Shown one piece after another: positions 48,207-62,176 of a stretch of 64,000 nt of DNA. Source of the stretch: Fimicolochytrium jonesii (taxonomy: Eukaryota); NCBI RefSeq assembly GCF_025526975.1, contig NW_026515673.1, positions 434,001 to 498,000 of the forward strand, read 5' to 3'. Each line of letters begins with the position of its first letter. The first letter of the stretch is position 1. Position numbers and translations under genes: made by a program. Below the pieces are notes generated by a model. It worked only from the letters and a program-made list of their open reading frames with translations. It was not told the DNA's origin and searched no databases.

Positions 48207-51200
48207 CTAAACATACCCCACAAAATCAAACATACTCGGATCCGCCACCTCCCCAAACATCGCCGCCAAAAAGTCCTCATCCAAGAACGTGCTGCGGACC
48301 ATATTCCCCCCAATCGGGTTATTCGCAGAAGCAGCAGCCACGCCCTGACTCACATTCACATTCCCGTTCGCGTTCGCACCAGGGACCGGGTTGAGCATCG
48401 CGTAAACGGGTGCGCCTGCGTTGGGTTCTGTTGCATAGTACGACATTGCGGCAGGGTTGGACAGGCCCGGGTACGCTTGTTGTTGGGTGGCGAGCGGGTC
48501 GATTTGCTGGTAACTTTGCGAAGAGATGTTGTGCTGCGGACGCGGGTAAGGGGCGGTGATGTTTGGGTTTGAGGTCCATGCGACGGCGCTTGTGTTTGGC
48601 GAGACGCGCGATGCGGCGTATGCTTGTTGGACGGGTGAGGGGAACATCCCGTTCGGAATGCCCGAGGACATGGGGACGGGTATTGGCGCACTTTGAGCGT
48701 TCTTTGCGTCGGCTGGGAACGCCGCGTCGCCTTTTGCTCGTCGATGCGCCCAGCGTCTCAAACGCGTATGGATGCCCTTACTCTCCAGCGTGTGTGCCAT
48801 CATCATCATGACCGGTGTGAAGATGTCGAACGTGGCTTCCAGCGTCTCCATGATGGAGTGTAGCCGCTCGACGTGCACCATGCTGTCCGTATCGCCCGCC
48901 ATGTAGAGGGAAACGTGGCAGTCCCAGGCCGCAAAGAACGAGATGATGAGACCCGGGAAGACGTATGTGTTGGCGCCGCTGGAGGGGGATTGGGGGAGTG
49001 AGGTGGTGGTGGATTCGGGTTTGGTGATTGTGTCGAGGTTGGTAGATGGACGGAAAGCGGCGGTAGTTAGGAGTGTTTCGAGGATGCCGATGAGCTCGAG
49101 GCTGATGGCTTTGGAGCGGGAATCGTGCAGGCCAAGAACGTTGCGCTTGATGTAGAGCCGGCAGACATGGCTTGTCGCGTGCAGGATACTGTTGACAATC
49201 AGAAATGGTGATGGTTAGTCCCCATCGACTTCCGCAATCCTATTATCGCCGATATCGCTTCGTCTTACCTCCTCCGGCTCCAGACCTTCTCACTGTGCTC
49301 CGCCTTCCACGATAAATTTGCGGGCAAAGCCTCACCCCACTTCTCCAAATCCCTATGCAAGTCGTCCGCGGTATCCTTAGCGCTCGCGGTCTTCTTTGAA
49401 CCCGGCGCGCGCACGGCGTTGGTGAACCGCAGCAGCTTGCCCACGATTCGACACAGGTCCGCGTGTTGACGCATATACTCCACGTCACCATTTTGGCGCT
49501 CGCTGTCGTTGTAGCCTTGGGGGTATGGAACGTCCCTGCGGGGTTGATGGCGTCAGTACAAAACTGTGATTTGCTTGCCAAGCAAGACGAAAGGCCCAAC
49601 GCCACCCGTTGAATTAATCGGAAACTAACCATTCCTCATCCTGAATCAACGTCGGCCTCCCCGACCCAATACTCGAGTACCGGTCCAGGATATACGCCCA
49701 ATACCATGTCCTTCGCCGCATCTCCTCATTGCCTGCCGGATCCTGCACGCGAGCCGTTTTGCGGATATTGGACAGATTGCGATGCAGGCCCAGTTCTTGT
49801 GCACTGCGAATGGCCCACCCTACTGCACGCCATTTGTTTACTACTCGCCGACCTTTGCCGTACCAAAGGAGTGTGAGGAGAAGGGTGGCTTGGGTTATCC
49901 AGATATGTGGTGCCTGGAAAACATTGTGAAGTATGTTCGTCAGAGGCCACGAAAGAGAAAGGGATCCCGTTCCATGTATCAACAATGGATCACGTACCTC
50001 GTAGTCAATCAGTATATCCCTCACTTTTCTCGTCAAATCATCCAATGCAACTGGGTCGATCGTGAAGTTCGGCAACGCGGTAGCATGATACGCCGCAACT
50101 ATAAGCACCGAGTACAATAGCGCTCGGAACGCATGTGAATCCGGGCCGTCAGAGAGTGTTGAAAAGAAGCTGTCTTTGTCGACGAGCGGAACGTACGGAT
50201 GGACTGCATCGAAGTAGAGGGAGCATAGGCGGATGATTTGGTCGTGGGTGAGGGGAAGAACTTCGCGAAGGGCGATGAGGTGGTGTGGGGAGGATGGGTC
50301 GGCGACGCGGGCGGGGAATTTGAGAGGGAGAGTGAGGAGGCCATCGGAGTTTCGGGTGGAATGTTGTGCCAGTGAGGCGGCTGGCAATGGCGAAAAACAG
50401 GAGACCATGAGGAAAGTGTTCCAAAGGGCCGAGATGCGCAACAAATACTTGGCCGCTAGCATTGTAATGGACTCTATGCTTACCATGGCAAATGTTTCCA
50501 AAGTACAGCACAAAGTTGCCTCCCAAATCCTCCACCAGACATCCCGGATCATTCACAAGCTTCGATCTCCTCGCCACCGGTTCTATCGACCCATCCGTCA
50601 AAGGCCCGTGATGCTTTGAATTGGAGCCCGAGCCGCCGCCCAGACTCGATTCTGATCTTTTCTTCTTTGGTTGCGCGGGTGCTTCATGGATTGTGGCATC
50701 TCCCTCGGGCGACGCTGAAGCGATCAGCGTCTCCATTTTCTTCAATCTGCGTTGGGTAATAAGGGATGAGTGAGTATGCGACACCGACTAAACACCTTGC
50801 CCGTGCCTTGAGGTCGCTCTAGCTCCCACACCTCCCATGCCATTGCCACCACCACGCGCCAAAACAAAAGCCACTAATGCCCTCTATCGCTCGTCCATCG
50901 CAGGGTACGCCTCTCGCAAACCCAATCACAGGCCAAATTCTCACCTCTCCTCCAACGTCTTCATCTTATTCTTCTTTACCGGCCCTCTTTTCTTGGTACT
51001 CTCGGTATAATGACACTCGAACCCAAACGCATGACACCCGGAACACGGGAAGTCTCCCGAACACTTCGTCCTCTTCTTCCTGCACGTATCACACGCCTTG
51101 GACGCTCTTTTCCGTTTCGGCAGCCGTGTATCCCCACTTCCGCCGCCAGTATTCTCGTGGGAATTGTGGTGGTCCTCGCCGGAATGGTCGCCTGAGTGGT

Positions 51201-51339
51201 CGTCGCCTGAGTGGTGGTCGAGCTCGCTGTCGTGGTCATGGTCGTTGTCGTGATCGTGGGAACCGGTTTCGGAGGCTTCCGGGCTGCGTTCGGCTGGTGG
51301 CCCTCCATTGTAGGGCTGGATGTCGGGTGAGGCCTCCAT
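48207..51339 (-). CDS. Zn(II)2Cys6 transcription factor with fungal-specific TF domain
   Basis: ACDTCRKKRTKCSGDFPCSGCHAFGFECHY; LYFDAVHPYVPLVDK; AIRSAQELGLHR; EMRRRTWYWAYILDRYSSIGSGRP. Start uncertain. Confidence 0.92.
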
Positions 51340-52580
51340 TGTTGTTGTTGTGTGGGGGTCTTCTTGAGACGTAAGTTCGTCCTGCACAGAGGAGGCGGGA
51401 CTTGGAAAAGGGAGAGGTGGGTGTGCTTCCAAGCAGAGAAAGCTGTCTAAGTAGTATGCGTTGCTGAGGACATATGCTAAAAGCGATGAGGATTGTCAGT
51501 TTGGTTGCGGGAGTTTGAGAGTGATGGGTTTGAGAGAGGGGAGCGACCTTGCATGGTGTTCATTTCGGCGCTTCCCGCGTGCTTGTGTCGGGCGCGTTAC
51601 AATATCTATGAAGTCACCAAGCCAAGGAAGTCCGCGAAGTCTTAACCCCGCCTCCGCGTTCGGCTCTCGTTCGTGTTTGCTTGCGTGACGCTTAGAGATC
51701 GGTCCGCCCGGATGCAACAGCTTGTCAGTTTCTTAGCAGATGCCCATAAGCATACACGTGGAGAGAGTCGGAGAGTCGGAGATAGCGAACGGAGCCCACA
51801 AATCCAACGGGCCAAGGGCAGAAAGATGTGCGGGGAGGCATCCCACCCTGTCAGATTATAAATGCCCTGTAGCATCTGAAACACAACAGCGGTGGCAGGG
51901 CAAGCCTCGCAAGATTCGAGCGTATGCCACTGGCCGCTGGCGAACGCCGTGTATGTACGCCGATGCACATGCAAGACACGCCGAGACAGCTGGGCGCTGG
52001 ACAAAAAGTGTATGCCTCAGCTGCCCACGGTCGATGCACACGCACGTTATGCCCCATCGAAATGGACACATCGATGGGGCACATCGAAATCGAATGTTCA
52101 ACGCTCATGTCCCTTTGTGCACTGGGCGGAATTTGCGATCTGTCCAGGTTTTACGCGTTCGTTGCGCATCCTGGACATGCAGGTTTGTCGTCCACGCCTG
52201 CGGTTGGTTGGGCGAGTTCCGACGTAAGATGGAAAATTTGGTAGTTTTTTGGCCAGGGCGATCGGCTGGGCGTTGACGGTCGGAAAAAAAAGAAGCCGAC
52301 TTTTTAGAGATGGAATTTGTGATCTGCACGTGACGTCTCGTGACTTCGATTCCTCAAGAAGCGGCAATGCGCCTTTCGTCCTTACTCGTCGTGTGTTCTT
52401 CCCCCCTTCGCGAGAGCCGACGATCACCGTATGTATCTCTCGCACTATATCTCTTGGCTTTAAAGGAAACGATACCTTGATCCTTTGGGCGTTACTCCTA
52501 CGAGAGTATCGATAAATCACTCCTTATCTACTCTGGACAACTTTTGAACACGTCCACTCAATTCGCCCTTCCCTTTCCAG

Positions 52581-54624
52581 ATGGCCGACACTAATGGCAC
52601 GGCGTTCAACGCTACGACGGAACGTGGGTTCTCTCCAACAACATTCTTCGACGAGATATTCGCCTTCCTGCCGAAACTCGTAGCGGACCCACAACGCGCG
52701 ATAGAAGCAGAGCCTCACCTGGCTGGCGCTTTGGTCGGATTAATCATCTTTCCCTCCCTGTTGCTCGCCTTACTCCACAATGTGCTCGCGGGCGGGAAAA
52801 GGACGGTCAATGCGCTGGACAACTGGGTCGCAAAGAGCTTAGTAGAGGAGGCGGAGGGATGGGCAAAGGACGCTGCGAACGCGCCCGTCACGGAAACGCC
52901 TTGGGAGATTGGCGTCACCAACACGGCCGTGGCAGTCGCGGAAGACGGAAACCTGAGGACATTCGAGGCGGCTGAGGGCGGGAAAAAGGTCACGGCTGCA
53001 TTCATCGCCGCTGCAATTGTCAAAGCTATTTCGGCACCCAGCCAGGAGCTTAAGGTTCAGCGGCCAAAGATTGTCAGTTTCTTGCACAGTCGTCAATGCT
53101 CACCGAGGGACATCAAAGACGTTGGAAAGAAGCTGGAACTGTATGGCATCAGAGTGGATACCGCCGAAGCACTGGAAGCGGAGCTTGCTCCTTACTACGA
53201 AAAGAGGAAGGCAGATATGGCAAAGGGCCCCCAAATCCCGCTGGTACTACCGACATCACCAGTAGGGCCTGCTCCCGCTGGCGAAAAGCCACAGTTTGGC
53301 CCGCAACCGAACAGAGGCTGCTTCACGTGTAAGAAGGAGATTGATGGCAAGGCGAGCCAATGCAGTGCTTGTAAAGCGATGATCTACTGTTCTGCTGAGT
53401 GCTCGGTGAGTTCCCTATTGTGATAATGCTGCGTGCAAAAACGGCGTGAAACCTGATCCGATAGCTTCTTCTCCTGTAGAAAAAAGACTGGCCACAACAT
53501 AAACCCATCTGCCCAGGCTTCAAAGCGAACATGCAACGCGTCGACAAAGAAAAGCTCCACGATCTCCCCTTCGACTTCTACAACTCCGAAAAGCAACTCG
53601 CCAGCTACAACCAAGTCGCCTTCCTCGCCCAAAAAGACGTGCACAACGTCGGCGTCTTCCGCCGTCTCTGCGGTTGCTATTCCCACCTTCAATACGGCGA
53701 ACTCGCCGCCGTTCATATCCAACAGATGCAGTCCGGCCAGCTGGCCGACCCGCTGGAGAGGTTCAAGCTGCTCGGACTGTCCAATGAGCTGTTCCCGTTA
53801 TCGGCGCCGTACCCTGAGGGCTACAACGTAAGGGAAATCGACTCGTGGAAGAAGTACTATGAGTTGAAGAAGTTGAGCATGGATGACCCCGCCGCGCTGG
53901 TTCTGGAGGTGCCGCTTACTGTGTGGCATATTCTTAACAAGTTCGTCTTGGACAAGCTTGAAACGAAACCTGATGGTGGGTTCTGAATGAATACTTTGTG
54001 CTCACTGTGGTTTTCCGATATCCGCTTACCACTTACTCACGGCTCTACCCTTATACCTGAATCATTACAGGCCGCCGCGCACTAACAATCCACATGGCCG
54101 GCGTCGAAAAGGAAGCCGACCTCTGCACGCTCTTCGAACTCCTCCTCTCCCTCATTCCCAAAACCGACATTGCCCTGCACATGATCTCCCCCTCCGTCTC
54201 CTCCCGCGTACCGCCCCAACACGCCACCATCGGCATCCGCAACGAGCAAATGGACTCCACAATCCTCATCACTCTCCGTGAATCCCTCTACGGCGAACCG
54301 CACATCACAGGCGACGCCTACAAAGCCGAAGGCCTGCCCTTCGGCACGGGCAAACCGGACGTGGTCATCATCATGAACTCGAGCTTGATCTCCAGCCCGT
54401 CCTGGCTGCCCACCGTGCGTCTGCTGATTGAGAACAGGCAAAAGACCATCTTGACGGAGCAAATGGAGCATACTGTGGACATGATTGCCAAGCAGTTGGA
54501 CTTGATTGGGTGCCCGCTCACTGTCAAACCGGAGGTTAACCCGTTTAGGCAGCCGGTGTATCAGTGGAAGAAGGATACCAATTTGCCGGGGTGGAGCAAT
54601 GCTTTCATTTATGGCATCTTCTAG
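52581..54624 (+). CDS. MYND zinc-finger protein, MSS51/ZMYND15-like
   Basis: CFTC..CSACKAMIYCSAEC|KKDWPQHKPIC; VPLTVWHIL; TIHMAGVEKEAD; PDVVIIMNS; NPFRQP. N-terminal TM segment. Confidence 0.8.
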
Positions 54625-55076
54625 ATCGGAAGGATGCGATGTTGTTTCTCCTTACACCGTCCCGTATGACAACCCAGTCTCCCTGATTACATCTGCGTAG
54701 CGATATTGAAAATACACACATGGCATTGACTGACTGTAAAACTGTGGGTTTTGATTTGAACGAATATTTAAAATGCAACCGCGTTAGCTGCTGGAAGCAA
54801 AACGCAAGGAACGGCAGCACCTCAGCAGAAAGTGTCACTCCGAGTCCTTTGCGAAACCTCTCACCGCACAAGAAAGCCAAACATCTTGCCTGCATTGTCC
54901 GGCTCCCCTGTTGAACATCCACTACGAACTCGCAAGGACTTTCTCCACCGAAAGCTGTCACTTCCGTGATCCACGGCCGATCGCCCATCACACCACCCAC
55001 GGCCCAGCCCACGGCCCACCGCCTCGCCCCCAACCCAACCTCAGACACCACCACCATCCAATAACTCACCCCAAAC

Positions 55077-55724
55077 ATGCTAGTCCTAGCAGTCGGCGAC
55101 TTCCACATCCCCCACCGGGCAGTCGACCTCCCAGCCAAATTCAAACGTCTCCTCGTCCCCGGCAAAATCCAACAAATCCTCTGCACAGGCAATCTCACCT
55201 CCCGCGAGACCCTCGACTACCTCCGCTCCGTATGCTCCGATATCCTGCTCGTCAAGGGCGACATGGACGAGACCGGTCTTGCTTCCTCGATATCGGGGGG
55301 TGGGGCCTCATCATCTGCGGTCCCTGCGTCAAGGGTTGTGACGCACGGCCCGTTAAGAATTGGACTGATCCACGGCCATCAAGTAGTACCCTGGGGCGAC
55401 CAACGCGCGCTGGGGATCGTGGCGCGGGAGATGGACGTGGATGTTTTGGTTGTGGGGAACACGCATCGGTTTGAGGCGTTTGAGATGGAGGGGCGGTTTT
55501 TCTGTTTGCCGGGGAGTGCGACGGGGGCGTTTGGTGGGGGTGGTGGGAGTGGTGGGAATGGTGCGGAAGGGGCGGCGCCGCCGGGCGTGAAGGGGAGAGA
55601 AGTGGAGACGGTGCCGAGTTTTGTGTTGATGGATGTGCAGGGCCCGACAGTGATTTTGTATGTTTATCAGTTGATTGATGGGGATGTCAGGGTCGAGAAG
55701 TTGGATTATACCAAACGGGTGTAA
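55077..55724 (+). CDS. VPS29: Retromer subunit Vps29
   Basis: MLVLAVGDFHIPHRAVDLPAKFKRLLVPGKIQQILCTGNL..IHGHQVVPWGD..PGSATGAF..PSFVLMDVQG. Confidence 0.97.
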   Translation: MLVLAVGDFHIPHRAVDLPAKFKRLLVPGKIQQILCTGNLTSRETLDYLRSVCSDILLVKGDMDETGLASSISGGGASSSAVPASRVVTHGPLRIGLIHGHQVVPWGDQRALGIVAREMDVDVLVVGNTHRFEAFEMEGRFFCLPGSATGAFGGGGGSGGNGAEGAAPPGVKGREVETVPSFVLMDVQGPTVILYVYQLIDGDVRVEKLDYTKRV

Positions 55725-56324
55725 GGAGAAGAAGATCGTAAGATGGCATGCGCTCTCTTGACGGACGAAATACATCCACCTACTGGCGGTAAAGAATAGT
55801 TTTTCAAGGTCGTAGCATGTAGGCTAGGATACGTTATGTCTTTCGTCATTCTCCCTTCTCATTTCCCACATTAATGTACATGTGCAAAGAGAACTAAAGC
55901 TCAAAGACAACCATATACTCGCTCGGAAAACCCATACGCTATATTTCATGTCGCTATGATCATTGAATATGAAGATCTATATGTACACGCATTCCCGTGA
56001 TTGCGCTTCGTCGCAATAGGGAAACCGGGCTGTTCTTTCTCACATGCCGAACGTAGCACTGAACACCCTCTATGTTCCATTTCTATCGCGACCATCCAGG
56101 TTGTCGCGCTCGTGGGTTATCGCAGCAGCGTGGGGTGGTGTTCTCCTTTTTGTTGCGTCGAAATCCCGCCAAAACCGACCGACAAACTCCTACTTGGGCG
56201 GAAGTTCGTTGCGCGAGTCGTGAGATGACTGCTGTCAAAGCAACACCTAAGCAACTCCTCCCATTGCATTTCCGACCGCATCGAATCCCGAGTGATCGCA
56301 TCGGCGCCCTGCCTATGCTCCTCC

Positions 56325-56660
56325 TCAAGCCCATTTACTCCCTCCCTTCTTCCCCTTCTTCTTCTTCTTCCCAGCCTCTTCCGTCGCACCACCCTCCCTA
56401 CTCTCCGCACCCGCAGCCTCAAATCCAGCCCCAGCTGGCACAGGACCTAACACCTTGAGCCCCGCAACCCCGTTCTCCACCTGCCACTGCACGCTGCGGT
56501 GCAGCTCCGTGAGCTGGTACAGCACGTCGGCGGATAAGTGTTGCCGTGTTTCGAGGAATGTGGTGAGATGTGAGAGGAGTTGTGATTCGTTTAGCGGTTG
56601 GGTGGAGGTGAGGGTTAGGTCGATGGGGACGCTGGTGGGGGCGATGTATTTGGTTGCCAT
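56325..56660 (-). CDS. Small protein, possibly RNA polymerase I subunit A14 (Rpa14/Ker1)-like
   Basis: PIDLTLTSTQPLNESQLLSHLTTFLE..VLYQLTELHRSV plus a Lys-rich tail resembles the recalled A14 pattern. Head-to-head with UTP25. Confidence 0.4.
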   Translation of the reverse strand: MATKYIAPTSVPIDLTLTSTQPLNESQLLSHLTTFLETRQHLSADVLYQLTELHRSVQWQVENGVAGLKVLGPVPAGAGFEAAGAESREGGATEEAGKKKKKGKKGGSKWA

Positions 56661-56992
56661 TATGGTCGGGGTGGAGTTGGTGAATGCAGGAGTTGAGTGC
56701 TTTTTTTTTCGGCGGACTCAGCCAGGAGCACTTGGACTCAAGTCGTTCGCGGCTTGCAAGACGAGGCGGAGGCCGAGGGCTGGGTTTTCCGGTCAAAGGA
56801 GGGGTAGTCGTTAGCCTTTGCTCCTGCTTTGCTCTGGCAGAATGTTGCGTCGGCAGACTCGGCACCGAGCAAGAATTGCAAGCAGACAGAGCAGACGTGC
56901 AGCTTGCCCCCAGCGCGTTTGCACTTCAAAAACTCTGGACATTGAACCTGTCGTCGGACTTGCACTCGTTCCCCTAAACGCACTCTTAGCCA

Positions 56993-59328
56993 ATGGTCAA
57001 ACGGAAAACTCGGGAGGCAGAGGGCTGGGAAGCCCCTTCCTCGTTCAACAAGCTTGTCAAAAGCTTGAAAAAGTCGTCAAAAAACCGCCAGAAAAGCCTT
57101 AAACTACCCAAACCGCAGACTGCAGAGGACGTACAGGTCGACGAGAAAGGTTAGTAATGGTTGATGGACCGTTTGTTATGGCAAACGAATGCTGACTTGT
57201 TCTATAGTTAAAAAGCGGGCCAGGAAGCAGGTGGAGACGGAAGACATAGAAGAAGGCGTGTCGGAACAGAAGGAAGGGGAAGCACTAGAAGAGGATGCTT
57301 CTGAGGTCGGGTCCGAGGGTGAGGAAGTGGAAGACGACGAAGACGCTGAGGAGGCGAACGAAGACGAGGAAGAGGACGACGATGTAGCAGGCATACAGTC
57401 AACCGACCACTGGGAACGGCACTTTGGAGACCACGTCTCAGAAGGGCTTGTATTCCAGGCCTCGGCCGTAGACTCTGCAGACTTGCAATGGATCTCTGAA
57501 CCGGTTCAAGACCCAGAATTGGAAGTAGGGGTTCAGCTGCGCTTGAAGACAGCCTCGCATCCATCAACACATAAGGCTGGAGATGCAACCCTTGAAGACT
57601 TCACAGTCAAGCAGCGGTTGCACGAGCCATGGCAGAAACTGAACGGAGCATCATGGGCGGCCGTGAAGGGGGACAGCACGAATGCGACGGCGCAGATGAC
57701 ACCTCTGCAGGCATCTCTGTTCCCGCACGTCAATGAATACCAGGACGTCATGTTCGCAAAGCAGACCCACGCAAACTCGGCACAGTTACGGCAGATGTAC
57801 GCCTTGCACGCGATGAATCACGTCTTCAAAACGAGAGATCGGGTGTTGAAGAACACCACAAAACTGAAATCGGAAGCGGCAGACGATTTGGACCTCAGGG
57901 ATCAGGGCTTCACGCGGCCGAAAGTCCTGATCATCGTGCCGTTCAAGCACACGGCCCTGGAGATTGTGAAGATGCTAATCGCCTTATCGGGAACAAAACA
58001 GCAGGACAACAAGAAGCGTTTCTTTGAGGAGTTCGGGCTCCCACCAGAAGACGATACAGTCGACCCCAAAAAGTCCGAAGACTTCAAGAAGACTTTCGCG
58101 GGCAACATCGACGACTGTTTCCGAATGGGCATTAAATTCTCGCGCAAGCAGCTTAAGCTGTTTGCCGATTTCTACTCGTCGGATATCATCATTGCGTCGC
58201 CGCTGGGGTTAAGAATGGTCATTGGAGCAGAGGGAGAGAAGAAGAGGGACTTTGATTACCTGTCTGCCATTGAGGTGGTGATCATGGATAGTGCGGATGT
58301 CTTCCTGATGCAGAACTGGGACCATGTCCAGCACATCTTTGAGCATCTGAACCTGATACCAAAGGATCCGCATGGGTGTGATTTCTCCCGCGTTAGGGCG
58401 TACTATTTGGATGGGCGGTATGCAAGCACTGGTCTTTCTTCGTTCTGAAGTTCGGCGACGAGCTCACACAGTTGATTCCCCTTTCCAGAGCAAAATACGT
58501 CCGCCAAACCCTCATCTTCTCCCGCCTACTCACCCCCGAAATGAACGCCCTCCTCACCACCCACTGCAAAAACGTCGCCGGCAAGCTCAAAATCAAGCCT
58601 CGCTACACGCAAGGCTCCATCGCCGACGTCGTCATCACCGTTCCGCAGATCTTCCACCGAGTCCCATGCGCGTCCCCCATCGACGCCGACGACGCGCGAT
58701 TCACGTACTTTGTGGAAAAGATCCTCCCGACGTTGAGACAGAGCGTCGTGCAGCAGAAACATTCGATGATTTTCGTGCCGTCGTATTTTGATTTTGTGAG
58801 AGTGAAGAAATATTTGGAGGAGCATAATTATAACTCGGTGCAGCTTTGCGAGTGAGTATGGGCAATGTGTGGGGTGAGTTTGGAGCGGAAGTTGGGGAAA
58901 TGGTTCTGACTTGCTTCCTTCACAGGTACACACCCCGCCGTGAAATCTCTGGTGCCCGTGGCGAGTTCTTCCGTGGTGAAGCCAGCTACATGCTTTACAC
59001 CGAACGGTTCCACTTTTTCCGGAGGTAACACACCAACCTCGCCATCCCCAATTCCCTTCTTTCCTCCCATTAACCATCCCTCCCTTCACACAGATACCGC
59101 ATAAAAGGCATCCGCCACCTCGTCTTCTACGCCCTTCCCGACTACAGCGACACCTTCTACCCCGAGATGGTCAACATGCTCGAGTCGGACGCCTCCAAGG
59201 ACGTCACCTGCACCGTGCTGTATACGAAGTACGATCGGTTGAAGCTGGAACGCGTTGTGGGGAGTAGGAGGGTTGGGCATATGATTGAGGGAGCGAAGGA
59301 TGCTTTTATGTTTGTTGAGGAGAAGTAG
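56993..59328 (+). CDS. UTP25: U3 snoRNA-associated protein 25 (Def/DUF1253)
   Basis: YALHAMNHVFKTRDRVLKN, RDQGFTRPKVLII, FAGNIDDCFRMGIK, FYSSDIIIASPLGLR, MQNWDHV, IFVPSYFDFVR, LYTERFHFFRR. Confidence 0.96.
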
Positions 59329-59766
59329 GTGAGGCCCTTGTATTAGACGGAAGGATAACGTAGATTTTGTATAGAGTTGGTAGGCGGGGCCTGAGGTATT
59401 TGATGTAACTTATTGTGTCGACCAAAACATTATCATAGACCCGCCGGTGCAGTTTCATTCCTTCGTGAAATATGCGCATCATGCGCGCCCAGAATGACCA
59501 AGGTTCAAACCACATGTAAAATCCGCATTCATAAAAAAGGTTACAGAACAAAGGTTGAAGGATAAATAAGAGGGGTAAACCACAACCAAGCACAGGAAAG
59601 GCACAAAAGTACCGAGATACACATCGGCATGGTTGGACTAGAGTTTAACAGGAGTTGACAGACTGAGAACCACCTATTCTCCCAAAAGTCCAGCTCCATT
59701 TGCCAGCGATCAGCATTTCGTGGGTGTGTATGTCTGTCGGACACGCCGTTTAGCTTTACGCGTTCA

Positions 59767-61587
59767 TTAGTAGCGAGACTAAAGGAGGGTGTTGTGGTGG
59801 GATCAGTGGGTAGGCTTCATGAGGTACTAAAATCATCCGCGGTTTCGCCGACACCGTAGCAGAAAAAAACATGAAAACCAAAAAACAGCGAGATACGTAC
59901 CGACATGTCCTGCAAGACTTCTCCCAACTTATTCCCTCCAGTCGCAACAATCTTCTTCAACGTACCCAAATCATCCGCGGCCTGCCCCACGAACTTTGTC
60001 GCAAATTCGCGGGCCGACTCGCCGAGGACGGCCATGGGGTCGCCGGAGCCGGAGCCGCGCGCACCGGGGGCGCCATGGGATTCGTCGCGGCCGTAGTATT
60101 CTGCGGAGCCGAAGCCGCTGCGGCCGCTGAAGTTCTGAAGGCGGGTGCGGGCTTCGCGGCTATAAAAAGCGGACAGAGGTCATGAATAATGGGCTTAATG
60201 CATCAAGGTTATTGCAATATATTCAGTGGCATGGGCTCCTTACCTCTGTGCCTCGTCATAGCTGCCGCGTTGGAAATACTGATCACTGGAAATTGCCTTT
60301 GCTGTCCCGAATCGCTTGGCAGCGTCGCCATTATCCTCATACTGGGAAGACGAAGCGGACGGCTTGGCTGAACCAGCACCAACACCGCCCGTAGCACCAA
60401 ACCCACCCACCGAGCCAAACCCGCCCAACTTGCCCATGCCCATCCCTAATCGCTCCATCATGGCTGCCTCCTCTGCTGACACTTTTGGGGGGGCTCTTGC
60501 GGCTGGTGCGCTGGTGTTCCCGTAGGATTGTGTGGCCGCCGGAACAATAGGAGCTGCCAGCCGTTGCTTTTCTTCCTCCTCGCGTCGCCTCTTGGTTTCA
60601 TCCTCCTCACGCATGAGCCTTTCCTGCTCCTCCTTGGCTAACCGCTCCGCCTCCTCAAAATTGACAATCTTAGTCGCCTTTTTGGCGCCCAGACCTTTCT
60701 TAGTAGGTCGGAGGATGTTGGCGCCGGAACTGGTTCGGGTGGGCTGCATGGCGCCAACAGGCCTGGATGGATCTGATGCCGATGAGAGCGATGCTGCGGC
60801 GGCAGTTTCTGCACTGATGGTCGCCTGAGCGACTTTCACTGGCGCGGCGACAGGCGTTGGCGTGTGAACAGCGAGCGGGGTAAACGAAGTCTCTGCTTTC
60901 GGTGGTGCGATCGATGCTGCGGTCAAGGTCGGAGTCGAGTTCTGCGAAGACCCAGTGGCGGGAAGATCGTCCCATCCAGAGAAAAAGTCGCTGTTGCGTC
61001 GCGCAGTCGGCGCGGCGCCTTCTTCGCCTTCTGCGGGATCTACGACCACTCGATTGGGATATCTATCGGAAGCAACGTGAGTACATGGAGCGAGATGCTT
61101 TCGTGGGAAAACCAAAGCCGCACCTTCTAGCATCCTCGTCAACGAGCTTTTTCAGCCGTTCCTTATACAGGCCCGCCGCCCTAGTGATATAACGCGCCTT
61201 CGCTTCCTTCACGTTTCCAGCCCCGTTCTGGCGAAAGAATTCAGCAGCATTGGCGTTTCCGCCAACTTTCATCGTGCGGAGTTGGTCAAACGTCCACGAG
61301 TCGAGGGTCGTGGAGCGCACAAAGGTAACGTGGACACCCATATTCCGATGCACTGCGGAGCAATCGAAGCAGAGGTACACGCCAAACGTGACGGTCGCCC
61401 ATGTCGGGTTCTTTGCACTGCAGTCAAAGCAGACCTGGTGGACGCATGGAGGTGGGGTCAGCAGTGAAGTTCAAGTGCAGAGATTCCTCTCAGACGAGAC
61501 CGAATAGCCCACCTTGTTCTCACGCTTTGCCTTCAGCTTCTTGAACACCTCCTCGATCTCCTCCTTGGGAACTTGGTTGTCGCTCAT
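59767..61587 (-). CDS. GLO3: ArfGAP Glo3/ARFGAP2-3
   Basis: [65 protein letters not shown]lo3 motif. Confidence 0.93.
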
Positions 61588-62176
61588 GATGCTGACGTGT
61601 TGTCTGCGTGAGACTTTGTGTGTGGGAGTGAAATTTGCGCGCGTAAGGCGGAGTGCTTTGAAAGGTGCTTGAAGTCCCTCCCACGGTCTAGTGAAACTGA
61701 TCTCCCTGTCGTGCGCTCGAGCGGCTGCGATGGGTGTCGTCTCCGCAGGATTAGGGCAGTTTGCCGTGGTATTCAAGTGCCGCCGGGCTTTTGTTGAATG
61801 GACTGCGGTGTGCAGCCAGCTTGATTACAGTTCACCCGTGGAATGGCACGCCGCCAATCAACAATGATTAGAATCGCGCTCATTCCGGCCTCAAACGCGG
61901 CTAATCAAAGGCCTGGGGACACAACTCTCATTACCGCCAGCCACAAATTGGTCAAAGGCTTGCTGGGTCTTGAACACTTGAACATTCAAAAGGCATCCTT
62001 TTCAGCGGCCTTGAAGACTTACCGCATCGGACTCGTTGCCAGTTTTGCCAGTAACACCAGGTCCTCTGACTACTTCTATATACTGTACATTGCCCTGCTG
62101 CACAGCAACACCTCGGTCGCCTTGGTTTGAGGTCATTCCCGTCTCGTTCGGCCCTCGTTTATTCAGCGGAACCGTT

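Noticed and set aside
55077..55724. VPS29 as a retrocopy because it lacks introns
   Set aside because: Intact conserved ORF with no poly-A or TSD; short intronless genes occur elsewhere in the window.
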